Below, piece by piece: positions 28,998 through 42,608 of a DNA stretch of 64,000 nucleotides. The DNA is from a candidate division WOR-3 bacterium (GTDB lineage Bacteria > Hydrothermota > Tepidihabitantia > Tepidihabitantales > Tepidihabitantaceae): assembly GCA_965649205.1 (NCBI GenBank), contig CBFGJV010000004.1, positions 42,134 to 106,133 of the forward strand. Direction: 5' to 3'. The notes beneath the pieces were generated by a model. The model worked only from the letters and a program-made list of their open reading frames with translations. It did no database searches and had not been told where the DNA came from. Numbering within the stretch: position 1 is the first letter of the stretch; each line of letters opens with the position of its first letter. The position numbers were made by a program, and so were the translations under genes.

Positions 28998-31900
28998 ATG
29001 CGACGGAGCAAAGTAGTCCTGATAGCAGTGCTCGCGACCGGCCTGTCCGTAACAGCTTTCGCAACAACAATCACCAGCGCACCGGGCGGAGGTAACTGGA
29101 GCAACAACGCCACCTGAGTCGAATTGAGAACTCCATCACCGACGGATACAGTCTACATCGTATCGAATGTTACCTACGATGCCGGCTCGGCGACCATGGC
29201 GGTACGCATGGAGGTGAGTTCTTCACTTACACTGTCAGCCAACAGCGCGCTTTCCCTCATGACCTCGGGCGAAGGGGATACTGCTCTCTGGATAAGAGGT
29301 ACGGGAGCCGTCTCGAGGTCAAACACTGCATCATTGCACGCTTGGGGGGATTTTGTCAACGAGGGTACATACACCCAGACCAGCAGTGGCGACCTGAAGG
29401 TGTTTGGGGCAATAACGAACTCGGGGACCTTCACCGTGAGCGGTACGTCCACAGTGACCGTAGAGAACCTCTGCTGGAACAAGGCGGGTGGTATCATCCA
29501 GCGCACTACGTCGAACAGCACAGGTACTTTCACGCTCAAGGGAGGGTTCCGTAACGATGGGCAGTACACCGCTACTGCGGCCAACAGTCCGCTTGTTGTG
29601 GGGTCGTCGGCGACCTACACCGGCGATTTCACCAATAACGGGACATTCTCCAACGGCGCTGGCTCACTTACCTTCTACGCCAACTTCACCAACAACCAGT
29701 CCGGGGCGGATTTCGGGACCGGTACAGCAACTTTTGCCGGGTAGAGTGATGCTACTCTGGACGGCACGGCCACGACTACGTTCAACTCGATTGTGGTGGA
29801 CAAGGCAGGTTCCACCCTGTACCTGGGCACCAAGTTCAGGCAGAGCAATGCGTCGGATAGCCTCAAGGGCAAGCTTGTTACCAACGGTTGTGACCTGACC
29901 GTGAAGGGCAAGACCACCGGTGCCTCAGTCGGCATTCTCGACATAACAACATCAGAACTAGACGGCACTTCCAGTCTGTGCAGTCTGGCAACACTGGACC
30001 AGAGTCAGGGGAAGCTGCGCCAGGTACTGGTGGAGGGAGCGGGCGCGACCGTGTATATCTCAGGTACGCATACCCTCAACTACGACGGGCATCCCGTGGT
30101 GAATTACTTCCTGGTGAGCGGCAGTGGAGCCACGGTCACCTACCTGACCGGCGGACTGGCGCTTGGTCTGACCATTAGCTCCGGCGTGAACACGACCGGC
30201 TGTGGCTGGCGTGCGTCTGACGGAACCGTGAACTTCTACGGGAACATAACCGCGACATTTGCAGGCTCCAGCCGCGCCGTGCTGTTCGACGCGTCCGGTG
30301 CCAACGTGAACCTGATTGGTCCTCCTGCCAGTGTTGACTTTGCCCTGACGAATGCAGGTTCTGTGTACTGGGACTTTGGCAATCTTAGTATCAATAAGGC
30401 TACAGGTGCCAGCGTCACATTTAAAAGCAGTATGGCGGTATCTGGATTGGTGCGCGCTTCAGGCGGGTTGACGGTGTGCGCAGACAACACTTTGGACCTG
30501 CAGGGCGTCTTTGCTGTTCCGTCGGGATACGAGTTCGCATCGGTTGTGAACAATGGAACGATTACTAGAACAACCGGCACGAACAACAACATCCGGGTCA
30601 CAGGTACATTCACAAACAACGATACGTTCACAAACAGCCTTGGCACGTGCCTGTTGAGGTTTGATGGTGACTTCAGCAACAGCGGAGGATTCACCAACGG
30701 TGGCGCGGCGGCGGATATGACGTTTGGCGGTACGCTCACGAACTCGGGCCATTTCGGAATCGTCAATACTGCCAGTCTGACCGCGAACGGCCTTGTCTGG
30801 AACAAGCCGGGCGGTCAGATGCAACGCAGTAACGCGGCCAGCACAGGCGCATTTGACTGCAACGCCGGGTTCACAAATGACGGGCAGTACTCCGCAACGG
30901 TCGCGGCCAGCCCATTGCGGGTACTGAACGGAAGCGCGTTCGTGAACTCGGGTACCTTCACGAACAGCGCAGGGAATGTTACCATCTCGGGTACGTGCAC
31001 CAACTCAGGGACCATTGACCAGGTAGCGTACACAGCTTCGGGCACTTTGACTTTCACTGGCGCGTTTGAGAACACCTCAACCGGCATTTTCAGAGACCGA
31101 TTCCAGGGTGCGGGCGGGGCGAGCAGGACGTTCGGTAGTTCGTCGACAACCGCAGGCACTTTTGAAATCAACAACACTTCCAGTCTCAGTGTAGCTGGGC
31201 TTGTCTGGAACAAGCCGGGCGGCAGTCTTCGGCTTCTATCCGGCACCAGCGCTGCCGGCTTCAACGGGGGTCTTACGAATGATGGAACGTACACGAACTC
31301 AGCTAACTGCAATGTATCCGTCACAGGAAACCTTGAAAACAGCAGCAGCTTCAGCGCAGGGACAGGCACGTACACGCTGAGTGGTTCCTCGTGGACCATA
31401 TCTGGCACGCTCACAATACCCACTTTGACAGTCAATGGTTCCTACACCAACAATGGCAATCTGACCGTCAGTACCACGCTCGCCGGAACAGGCACACTCA
31501 CCAATGGGGCAGGCGCAATGCTGGTTCTGAGCGGTACCGCAACCATCTCGAACCTGAACGCCACCGCAAGTGACAACACGGTGAACTACAACGGCGGAGA
31601 CCAAACGGTCCTCAATGCTCGTTACTATAACCTTACGCTGAGCGGCTCTCTAACAAAGACGCTTCAGACGGGCACCAATTACATTGATGGGAATCTGGTG
31701 CTGTCCGGCTCAACCAGGGTCTCCACGGTAGCAGCTCCGCTGACCGTGTCAGGCGACGTGTCAGTAGCCGCCGGGTGCAGTCTGAAACTCGCCACGACCA
31801 GTAACTTCACGGCAACAGGCACGACCAGCATAACAGGAACGCCGGCCTTCGTGACCGCGGCAGGAGGCAGTAAGACCTTTGGCAATGTCATCGTCAACGC

Positions 31901-34900
31901 GGGCAGCAGGTGGCTGAACAACACGGTGAACTCCTCGGTAGAAATAACAGGCAACCTGGCCAACTATGGTACATTCACCGCTGGTTCCGGAGTTTACTAC
32001 TTCACCGGAACGGGACAGACTGTTTCGGGCACGTTTACCATCCCGAGCGTGTCGCTGACCAACGCTGTGACGAACAAAGGCACGCTGACCATATCCGGCA
32101 ACGCTTCCGGTGGTTCCCTGGTGAATGATGTCAACAGCAAGCTGTATCTTGGTGTGACATCTCTGCTTACTACTGCCCTGGACGCGGACGCGAATCCAAA
32201 CACCGTGGTCTACAACGGAACCGGGGCGCAATATGCGAAGCCGGGGTGTGTACCATCATCTTACAATCAATAGCAGTAATGTCGTCACGCTGGGAGGAGC
32301 GATTACTGTCAACGGCGACCTTACGGTGGCCGCGGGGACGCTCTCGGACGGCGGGTACCAGATAACCGGAGCGACAGACGGAGCCGGAACCCTCACCGTG
32401 GGTTCCGGTGCTACCCTCAAACTGGGTGCCGACGCGGCCACCACGTTTCCGACTAACTTCGCCAGCGTGATATTGACCGGCGGTACGGTGGAGTACGCCA
32501 GCAACGACCCTGACCAGATAGTTGAGGCAGGTTTGACCTACCACAACCTCACGCTGAGTGGTGTGTCCAAGACCGCTGTCGGTGACCTGACAGTCAATAA
32601 CACGCTGTCCATCAACGCTCCATTCAACGATGGCGGGTACACAATTACGGTCAAGGGACCGGTGTCCAACTCAATGTATCATTCCAGTACCGGGTCAGGA
32701 AAACTGCTTCTGACCGGCAGTTCCGGGCCGCGCACGATTGCCACAACCGGCGCATACGGCAACCTGGAGATTGACGACGCAAACGGTGTGACAGCAGGCG
32801 CAGGGTTCAACATCAACGGCAAACTCACTGTCACATCAGGCACGTTCACTCTGGGCGCCTTTCCCTATCAGGTCAGCGGAGCGACCAGCGTCTCGGGAAC
32901 GCTGGCCATCTGCTCAGCTACTGGTGCGAAGGTCTTCGGCGCTGTTACCATCAACGGCCCGGGCACGTGGAGCAACAGCTCAGCCAACTGCCCGGTGACG
33001 ATACTGGGGAACTTCACCAACAACGTGACGACGGGCGATTTCAATTCCGGAACCGGCACGTATACCTTCGGTTCGGGAACGATCGGAAGGTCAGCCGCTA
33101 CCCCGATAACGAATGTTACCATAGGCGGGCCGGTAACAAATGAGGGGAACCTGACCTGCGGAACGCTTACCGTCAATGCCAGCCTGACTAACAATGCTAC
33201 GTTGACTGCCACCGCTTCTTTGACGGGTCCGGGAACTCTCGTCAACTCCGCAACTGGAGTCCTGTACTTGACCGGCACGACAACCTTCACGACCCTGACA
33301 GCCACCGCGGCCGGGAACACGGTGGTGTACAACAGTACCTCCGGAGCACAGACCATCAAGGGGACGACCTAACACAACTTGACTATCAGCAAGAATGGAC
33401 AGACCGGCACGCTGGGCGGAGCCACAACTGTCAACGGAACGCTCAGCATCACTTCGGGGAGCACGCTGGCCCTGTCCTCCAACACACTCACCATCAACAG
33501 CGATTTCACAAACGTCAACGGCGCGACCATCAGCCAGAACGGTGCTGGTGGCAATATGACGGTGAACGGCGCGTACACGAATCACGGCCTGCACAGCGTC
33601 ACGAACACGGGTACGCTGACCGTTACCGGGCTCCTTACCAACTGCGCAGACGGCACCATCACGCGCGGAGCTTCCAGTACCGGCGCCTGGAACCTGAGCG
33701 GCGGGTTCACCAACCAGGGTACGTATACCGCCGCAACCACGACCAGTCCTTTGACCCTGGGCGCTTCCAGCCCGTTTGCGAACACTGGTCGCTTCACCAA
33801 TACGGGCGGCGGTACGCTTACCTTCAACAACACACTCACGAACAACGGCGACTTCTATCATGTCGCTACTTCAGCCATAACTGTGGCTGGAGCGTTCGTG
33901 AATACCGATTCGTTCCATGTGCAGTCCGGGTCCGGTGCGGTCACCTTCTCCAGCACCTTCTCCAACTCTGGTGTCTTCTCCTACAACGGCACCGGCGCTT
34001 TGACTGTGACAGGACTGGCGACGAACACGGGGACCGGACTTATCAACCGCGCAGCCGCCTCCGCCTTCACCTTCAACGGCGGGTTCACGAACGACGGCAC
34101 ATACGCAACAACCGACGGCGTGGCCACCCCTCTGACACTGGGTACTTCCAGTCCATTCATTCAGGGCGCGACGGGCGTGTTCACCAATACCAACGGTGCC
34201 CTGTCCTTCGGCAGTACCTTCTCCAACTCAGGCAGGTTCACGACGACTGGGACGGGCAACGTCACCTTCACCGGCCTTGCCACCAATGATGCCACCGGCA
34301 CAATGGAACGAGCCACAGGTTCGACCGGAACCTATACCTTCAACGGCGGGTTCACCAATAACGGTACGTTCAGGAACGCGACTACCACCGCCGGTTTCAC
34401 GGTAGGTACCGCCGCCGGGGTGGGAGGTTTCACAAACGGCTCCGGCTCTAACTTTGACAACTCGGGAAACGCCACTCTGACCTTCAACGGTGACTTCGTT
34501 AACAACGATGAAGACCCGAACTGGGGGACAGCTACGATAGTGTTTCAGGGCACAGCCAGTACATCCCTGGGTGGAACTCAGTCGCCAGGCTTCACCCGGC
34601 TGCAGGTGAACAAGACCGGTGCGCCTTTGCCCTCCCTGACAATGAACACAAGCCTGACAAGTTCCGACCTGGTGCTGACATCGGGCTATCTAGCCACGAA
34701 CGGGTACAACCTGACGGTGAACGACTCAGTTCTGGGTGCGGCGGCAGGCATTCTGAACATCACTGGCGCTGCGTTCAAAGATGCGGCCAGCACCGTGACA
34801 GTGAAGACCCTGTGGCAGGGCGCGACGACCGGTGTGGGGCAGGTACTGGTAGCGGGTGACGGCGCAACTCTGAACATCACCGACCAGCACATCCTGAACT

Positions 34901-37900
34901 ACGGCGGAGCGATTAAAACAAACTACTTCCTGTTGAGCGGCGCGGATGCGACGGTGAACTATCAGAACGCTTCGGGCACGGGCAACTCCGCATCTCTTGT
35001 GCTCACCACTTCGAGCGGGACCAATGCAACCACCTGCGGCTGGTTCGCCACAGCGGGCACGGTGAACTTCTACGGCAACATCTACTCGCCTTATGCAGCC
35101 GCGAATAACTACCAGTATTTCAAGGCGGACGCCGGCGCAACAGTCAGGTTCATCGGCAGTTCTCCGTCAGAGGTCAACCTGGCTGTTACGGCCGCACCCA
35201 ACAGCGGCCGCGCCACTTGGGACTTTGGCACTTTGCAGATTGCCAAGACGGGTTCACCGGCTCCCGCGGTGACCATCACCTCAATGGCTACAAATTTGTA
35301 TACAAACGTGAATGTATCCGGTGGTGTCACTGTGAATGCAGACAACACGCTGAGCTTGGAAGGGAAGTTCTATTCTGCCAGCTACGGATACAACCTGCCT
35401 GGCGGAATCGTAAATGACGGGACGGTACGGGCGCCGGCCGGTATGAACGGCAAGCTTTCCTCGGGTTCCATCGTCAATAGGGGTTCGTTCGTCGTCTCTA
35501 CCAGCAGTACTGTCTTCACGGGACCGGCATACAATAGCTTAACAGGTTCCGCATCACTAGGGGGTGGTAACATTACTTTCAATAGCACTTTCACCAACGA
35601 CGGGTGTTTCGTTTGTTCAACAGCTGCTTGGAACGTTATAATGTTCCAAGGCAGCTTCTGCAACGGTGCGACCGCCCAGTTCAGCGTCGTCACGAACAGA
35701 AGCTGGGTGTACTTTTGTGATGACGTGAGAAACGAACAGCCGAAACCACTGTGGCCACGTTGGGTATCTTTCAAAGGAGGTCAGAAGACACTTTCAGGTG
35801 CAGTCACGCAGTGCTTTAACAAGATAATAATATATCCGTACACAACTCGCGGATACTGCAGTCGAACGTAGTGGTCCAAGAGACACTTAACATGCCTGGG
35901 AGTCTGTATACAAACGGTCGAGACTTAACCGTCGGCGCCCCGCTAGCCGCGGGCGGAGCTTTGTATGTAACAGATGGCACAGACTGCGGCCTCGCCAGCA
36001 CGGTGAATCTCAAGTATATTAGCCCAACTTATGGTGACGTCAGCGTGTTTGTGACAGGTACGCAGGCAATCTTGAACATAGCCGGTACGCACAGGCTCGC
36101 CTGGCAGTATGGGTCGAGTGAACCGCGGTTCGTACTGTCTGGTTCAGGAGCAACTGTGAACTATACGAATACCACAGGAACAGGGTATAACTCGTCGTTG
36201 GTGCTGACTTCTTTTGGAAGTGGACCACAATTGGGGAGTGGCTGGTTTGCGACTGCGGGCACGGTGAATTTCTACGGTAACATATACTCGCCGTACGAAA
36301 ACTCCAGCTACCGGCAGTATTTCCAGGCGTCTCCCGCCGCTACTATCAGATTTGTTGGCTCAAAGCCCATCTGAGGTCAACCTTGCGGTCACGGCCGCGC
36401 CCAATCCGGGTGTTGCCGTGTGGGATTTCGAAACTATGCAGGTGGCGAAGACGGGAAGCGGAGTCGTATTCACGTCCGATGTGGCCGACATCAATGTACT
36501 GGTGAAGGCTTCCGGCGGGGTAACCGTGAGCCCGGGGAACACCCTGAGTCTGCAGGGGCAGTTCAAGGCTGGTAACTACGGGTACGACTTTTCCGGCGGG
36601 CCCACGACAAACAATGGTTCTATTCTTCGTCCAGGTACGGCTACCGCGGCCAATACCCACTTGACAACCGGCGCTTTCACGAACAACGGCACCTTCAGTA
36701 CGACCACAACGATGCCGGTGAACCTGACCGTGGACGGCGATTTCGTGAATTCGTCCACGGCCACGTTTGACAATACTGCGGACGGAGACTTGTTCTTCAA
36801 CGGCAACTTCCGCAACGACCAGCCCGACCCGGCAAAGGCGAAATGGAGCACATCCACGGCAACCAGCACGGTGACCTTTGGCGGCTCGGAGAACACAGAG
36901 GTGCGCAATGCGGCGTCGTATCTTGTTCTGGACTGCAACGCGGCAGTAGCCAAGGGCGAAATTGACAAGACTGTGACTCTGTATTGCGGGCTGAACCTGC
37001 AGAAGGAGAACCGCACCCTGAACATTACCTCCGGAACCCTCGTGACCAACGGCAGGAGCATATTTGCCTACCAGCCAGGCTGTCGTGTAACGGGCGGACC
37101 GGCTGGAAGACTCCGGATAACTGATGCTTTCGGGGCCGCGGACCTGGCAGGCGAGCCAGACGCAAGCAGTGTGAATGTACTGGACCTGTTCCAGGGGCCG
37201 GGCGGACTCAAGGAGGTTATACAGGAAGGCACCGGCACGCTCACGATTGACGGCACGCACAGTCTTCACTATTCGAGTTCCGGAAACACATTCACGCTCA
37301 AGTCAGGGGTGGTCAGCTACACCGGACTTGGCGCCGGGGCTAATTCGGCTCTGTACCTCTCAAGCGGCTCGGCCCTGCTCTCTCCACCGGATGCGAGCGG
37401 CTGGTTGGCCACCGGCGGAACGGCAAGCTTCAGCGGCAACATCTACGCAGAGTACGGCACTGAAGGATATGCTTCCGTGTTTCAGGCTCAGAGCCCGGCG
37501 GCGGTCAGATTCACCGGGAGCCAGCCGGCCACGATTGAGCTCGCGGGGACAAACAGCCCATCCGGTCCGGTGTGGTCATTCGGGGACCTGAAAGTTCAGA
37601 AGACGTCTTCTTCACTGACCGTCGGGTCGAGCAACGCACTCAGGGAGGCATCGGTTGTTGCCGGGTCCGTAACCGTGAACTCCGGCTCGACACTGAACCT
37701 GGCCGGAGACTTTGACGCAAGTCACTGCTACGACATAACCGGAGGTGTCACCAATAACGGTGCGCTGGCGATGCTGGCAGGCACGAACAACAACCTGTAC
37801 GTGGGCGGAGGCTGGTCCGGTACAGGCGTTTTCACGCACGCCGGCAAACCGGTGACGTTCTATGGGGACGAGGCCGCGACCATCTCCATACCAAACTCGT

Positions 37901-40900
37901 CATTCTACGACCTGGCAATAAGAAAGGGTTCCGGCAGTCTCTCGATGTCAGGTGCGGTGAAGGTTGAGAATGACCTTAGTGTAGAAAGTGGTAGCTTCCT
38001 GGTCGGACCAAACACGCTTACCCTCGGCACCGGTGACGGCTCTGGAAGCGTGACGGTGCAGAGCGGTGCTACCTTCTCTGCGGTCGGTACAACAGGCTCA
38101 GGGCTGCCTTCGAGCCTCTCAGGGGACATGACGGGTGTTCGGACAGATGCGCTCGCCACCGTAACAGCGGCCGCGGAGTCGCGCCCTTTCAGCTTCACGG
38201 TAGAGGACGGCGGCACCATAGCGGCAGGTAACGCCCGGTTCCTGTACCCGGGCACGAACGGTGTCTACGTTGCCAAGGGAGCAATCATTGCTCCGGCTCC
38301 GGACAACTTCTCGTGTTGTTCCTTTGACCATGGCGCCATCACTGGTCCGATGCTGCGAATAGAAAACGAGGATGCGTTCACGATTGCCAATCCGGACTTC
38401 AACGGCACAGCACCGCAGGGTTCTGCGTTCAATCTACAAAAGACGGCGACCTCGGGCAGGATTGACGTCGCAGGAGGAACCGGCACGCGGTGGGGAGAGG
38501 CCTTCGATGCTGATGAGAACGACCTCATCGTATGGCACAACGGCTCGGATGCGGCCTGTCTGGTTGTGTTCGCCCCAACTGGTTTTGTTGATTCAGGTGC
38601 AAGCGTCACCCCGGCCTGTTCGGTGCACAACTACGGCACCAACGCGGCCAGCTTTGACGTGAAGATGAACATCGGGACCGCCGTGGGCACCGCGCGGGTT
38701 GACGACCTTGCTCCGGGCACAGGCAAGCGCGTGAACCTGTCACCTGACTTGGTGGCCAACGTACCTCCCGGCAGGTTTTCCGTGAAGTGCTCCACCCGGC
38801 TGGACGGCGACCAGGACCAGGAGAATGACCGGCAAGGACCTTATGACATTCTGGTAGTGAAACGAGATGTGCGGCCAGTTTCAGTCGTTGCGCCGTCCGG
38901 TACATACGCCAAGGGCACGGAAATACGACCCGAAGCGGTGTGGCAGAACGAAGGTAATCTGGCTGCGGAGTTTGTCGCCTGGATGATTGTTTCCGACCCG
39001 ACCGACATAGAGCGGTACAGATGCAGCAAGGAAGTGAACGCAGGCGCAGGCCCGGGTAGAGCGGTCTCGGTTCTGTTCGACGATGTGCTCATCCCGGATC
39101 GCCCGGGCACCTGGACCATCCGTTGCAGCACCGCATACCAGGGCGATATGCTTCCAGATAATGACCAGATTGTATCGGAGTTCGACGTCACGACAAGGGA
39201 CGTGGCTGTTGCGTCAGTTGTGACGCCAACGCCTGGCAAGACGTATCTGCCGGGTGAGGCTTTAGTCCCGGAGGCAACCTGGAAGAGCTACAGCACGTCC
39301 GAACCGGCTGACTTCTGGGCGTGGATGACGATCTTCGAGCCTGAAGTCAGGTCTCCGGCTGAATTCTCAGCAAACCAACCCGGCACTGCCCTGAACGGTC
39401 TTCACTATCGCGACAGCCTGTTTGTTACCGGGCTTGCGGCCGGCAGGGACACTTCCTTGCAGTTCTCACCAGCCAAGCCGCTCACGTTCTCCGGCACCTG
39501 GACCGTGCGTTGCAGTACCTTCTACACTGGCGACCTGGAACCTGAAGACGATACGGTCAGCTCCTGGTTTACTGTTGGTGCGCCGGATATCGAAGTAGTT
39601 TCCATCATTGCGCCGGCAGGAGCGGTGGAGACGAGCGCTGTGGTCCTGCCCAAAGCCTTGTTGGCCAATCGCGGTGACTGTATCTTGACCTTCCAGGCCA
39701 GGTTCACTATATGGAGTCCGGCAGACGGTCCGGGGTCGCCGACGTATGACGAGACAGTCGTGGTGGGAGGACTCGAAGTTGGTGCGGAAAGCACGGTGGT
39801 CTTTTCGCAGTTCAGGCCGTCAGGTATGCTGGGAGCTTGGACTGCGAGGTGCACGGTGCTTGTGTCTGGTGACCGTTCTCCCGATAATGACGCAAAGTAT
39901 GGTGCGTTTGATGTCACCTGGCCTTTGGAATGGCTGTCCGTGACGGATATGACCTCGAAGCCGTCGGAAAAGGCAACCAAGGACGGAGCGTGGCTGGCGG
40001 TTGGACCGGACGGGCCGAAGTTCAAGGCTCAAGGGTCAATGCTCGAAACCGGAGCTTCGAAATCCCGGGCGAATGGAGGCAAGCTGTCAGCCAGAAGCGT
40101 GATATATGCTGCGAAGGGCAACAAATCATACGACTTCTACAAGTACTACCCAGCAAAAGATAGCTGGGTCACTCTGTTGCCTATACCGGATACAGAGCCT
40201 ACGTTGGGCAAGCCTAAGCCGTTGTCCAAAGGTTCCTGTGCGGTATCGGATGGCAAGGACTACCTGTATATGCTCAAGGGTAACAATACACAGGGGTTCT
40301 GGCGCTACCGAATAGAAGACGGTAAGTGGGACACGTTGACCCGCTCTCCGCAGAAGATAAAGGGCGGCAATGATGTGGCTTACGTGAACCACAACGGTAA
40401 GGAGTACGTGTATCTGCTGGCCGGTGGTAAGACAGCGTTCTTCCGTTTTGACATAGAGTCGGGGCTGTGGACCGAGATGGAAAGCGTACCCTACGGCGGA
40501 AACAAAAAGAAGTACGGGGCAGGTTCGTTTCTGGTGTATGACGGGCTGTACACCATCTATGCGCACCAGGCAAATGTAGTCGGGCCGGATTCAAATCACT
40601 ATATGTATCGCTATGACCTGGCAGACGAGAAATGGGATAAGACGGAGTACAATGGTCTCCCCTGGTTTGGCACCGAGGATGGGAGCGAGGGCAAGAAGAA
40701 GAAGTCAAAGGACGGTGCAGCTGGAGCGTGGCATCTGGGAAAAATCTACGCGCTGAAGGGCGGAGGCTCGCAGGGTTTCTACCAGTACAACCCGGGCGCG
40801 GATATGAGTGGGCTGAACTTGAGACAGTACCGCGGACAGGCTCAGGCGGCAAGAAGGCGGTGAAAGGCGGCGCAGACCTGGTGTATTGGGACTTGAGTGC

Positions 40901-41283
40901 GTTCTACGCGCTGAAGGGTAACAAGACTCTTGAGATGTGGCGGTACGTGGGGCCGTCACCTTACAGCTCACAGCCTGCAGCCAACAGCCGGCCCAGAGCG
41001 ATGGGTGGGAAGTTCGAAGTTCGCACCTCGAAGTTCGAAGTTCTGCCGAACCCGATAGCGGGCGGATTCGCTACGCTCAGGGTGCAAGGGTGCAAGGGTT
41101 CAAGGGTACAAGTGAGGGCATATGACGCGGCAGGTCGGTGCGTGTTGAATCAGACGTATTCGCGTGCGGGCTGATGCGTCAGGTGTCATGCTTGACCTTC
41201 GGGCTCTGTCCAGCGGCGTGTATCTCGTGCGGTTGGATGCCGATGGTCTGACCGCTTCGCACAGGCTGGTGGTGACCAGGTAG
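28998..41283 (+). pseudogene. Disrupted giant (~4100-codon) secreted adhesin-like protein: G/T/N/S-rich beta-helix-like repeats, CARDB-like domains, Kelch-like propeller, T9SS-type CTD
   Basis: RBS, ATG and signal peptide; stops TGA 29115, TAG 29742, TAA 33370; frameshifts near 32245, 35820-35870, 36363, 40804 and 41160; ends SGVYLVRL...RLVVTR-TAG. Confidence 0.85.
41010..41110 (+). repeat. Short tandem 7-mer (AAGTTCG-like x5) and 8-mer (AGGGTNCA x4) repeats
   Basis: 41010-41044 and 41079-41110, read directly. Confidence 0.75.
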
Positions 41284-41314
41284 CAGATAGCACTTAGCAG
41301 TCCGTACACAGCAT

Positions 41315-41344
41315 AAAGGAGTGGACGTTCAGTCCGCTCCTTTT
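41315..41344 (+). terminator. Intrinsic terminator after the giant gene
   Basis: AAAGGAGTGGAC-gttca-GTCCGCTCCTTTT. Confidence 0.8.
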
Positions 41345-41707
41345 GCTCGTGGTATTGGCCTTATCACATCAGGGCGGACCTCAAACTGAGAGTAGGACTG
41401 GACAGTGGCGCGAAGAAATCTGGTGCCCACGCCGCGGAAGCACTGGGCATAGAAGCCCAGAAATAAGACTGTGACGTTTCGTAGTCCGCGCCAAATCGAA
41501 AGTTGGAGATTTCGGAACACGGGCTGATTGAAAAGTAGAAAAGGGAAGCCTTTGTTGAGGTAACAGGCAAATACACCCTATTCGTGTTCCCCCTAGTTAG
41601 TGAGGTGCCACCTCTAAGCTTCTCCGAACCTGCACAGCCCTATGTGCTAGTCCGTCGATGTTCTGGATTTGACTTGTTCTTCCCACGTTATATTATAAAT
41701 TTATTGG

Positions 41708-41783
41708 GGGCCCGTAGTGTAGCCTGGTTTAACACGTCGCCCTGTCACGGCGAAGATCGCCAGTTCAAATCTGGTCGGGCCCG
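41708..41783 (+). tRNA. tRNA-Asp (GTC), CCA not encoded
   Basis: Acceptor GGGCCCG/CGGGCCC, anticodon arm TCGCC-CTGTCAC-GGCGA, T arm with TTCAAAT; upstream TTGACT-16-TATTAT. Confidence 0.97.
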
Positions 41784-41813
41784 TTTTTCTAGCAATCGCC
41801 CGCAGACTACGTC

Positions 41814-42608
41814 ATGCTCACCGTGATAATGGCCGCGACCTTGACCTTCGCGGCCGTTTTTCCCAAAAACTACCATATGCTAGAGACGCGGACTCAGGCA
41901 TTCACCCGCGCGCTAACTGCCGGCGATTCCAGAACCATATTCAATATGTTTGTTCCCCAATTTCAGGAAGAAATTGGCTTTGAGAGATTTGACTCAGCTC
42001 TCTCTGCTTGGTATGCCGGCCGTCGCATCGTCCGTGCCCGAAGCCTAGTTGTAAACATCACCGGACTGGGCGGACACGTTTCCACCTGGCCCTTCTTTGC
42101 AGGCAGACGTGATTATTCCTATTTGTACCAGAGTTGGTTGTTTACCGACCAGGGATGGAAGCTTGTCTGGCTGTCCCGCGTCCTCAATCAATCGCACCAG
42201 TATGGCCAGAGCGACACAATGGAAATGGGCAATGTGGTAGAAGCGGCTCTTACCTATCTATGTACTCCGGCGGGACTCAATGAACTACGGCGAGGCCTGC
42301 GTTTGCCCGACACGGTGGTTGTAGTCTGGCGCCTCCCTAAAAAGGGAAACCCTCTTCGCCTGCCCGGCCGCTCGGCAGTTATCTTTACGCCCTACCAGCT
42401 GCGCCAAGTCAGAAAAATCCCCGATGTTCCGATGTACTTCGAGATTGCGACCGTCAGAATTTTGGGCAACCTTGCTACCTGTGCTGTAGATTTGGTGCTA
42501 TCTCCGCCGAACGAGCCCGGTCGCCCCAGGCGCTCGCTCGGCGTCCAACTTTACCTGGAAAAAAAGGCAGGAAATTGGCAGGTTCACTCTCGCGGCAGAA
42601 AATGGTAG
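41814..42608 (+). CDS. Hypothetical exported protein
   Basis: 264-aa ORF with hydrophobic N-terminus; overlaps the arsC-like start. Confidence 0.6.
   Translation: MLTVIMAATLTFAAVFPKNYHMLETRTQAFTRALTAGDSRTIFNMFVPQFQEEIGFERFDSALSAWYAGRRIVRARSLVVNITGLGGHVSTWPFFAGRRDYSYLYQSWLFTDQGWKLVWLSRVLNQSHQYGQSDTMEMGNVVEAALTYLCTPAGLNELRRGLRLPDTVVVVWRLPKKGNPLRLPGRSAVIFTPYQLRQVRKIPDVPMYFEIATVRILGNLATCAVDLVLSPPNEPGRPRRSLGVQLYLEKKAGNWQVHSRGRKW

Noticed and set aside
29115..29117. TGA in the giant gene as selenocysteine or as TGA=Trp recoding
   Set aside because: It falls at an expected Trp position with no SECIS-like hairpin; many intact genes here end in TGA; the same gene also has TAG, TAA and frameshifts.
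29742..29744. TAG as pyrrolysine
   Set aside because: No methyltransferase context or pyl genes in the window; one of many lesions in the same gene.
29174..40852. Long antisense and alternate-frame ORFs over the giant gene (and similar ones over glnA and the Kelch gene)
   Set aside because: Shadow ORFs caused by the codon bias of G/T/N/S-rich coding sequence; no recognisable motifs or RBS.
28700..41800. tRNA-Asp-anchored genomic island or prophage
   Set aside because: No integrase or transposase, and I found no duplicated tRNA 3' end; the gene also lies 5' of the tRNA.
41329..41826. Short ORFs between the giant gene and tRNA-Asp
   Set aside because: No recognisable motifs; they overlap the terminator, promoter or tRNA.
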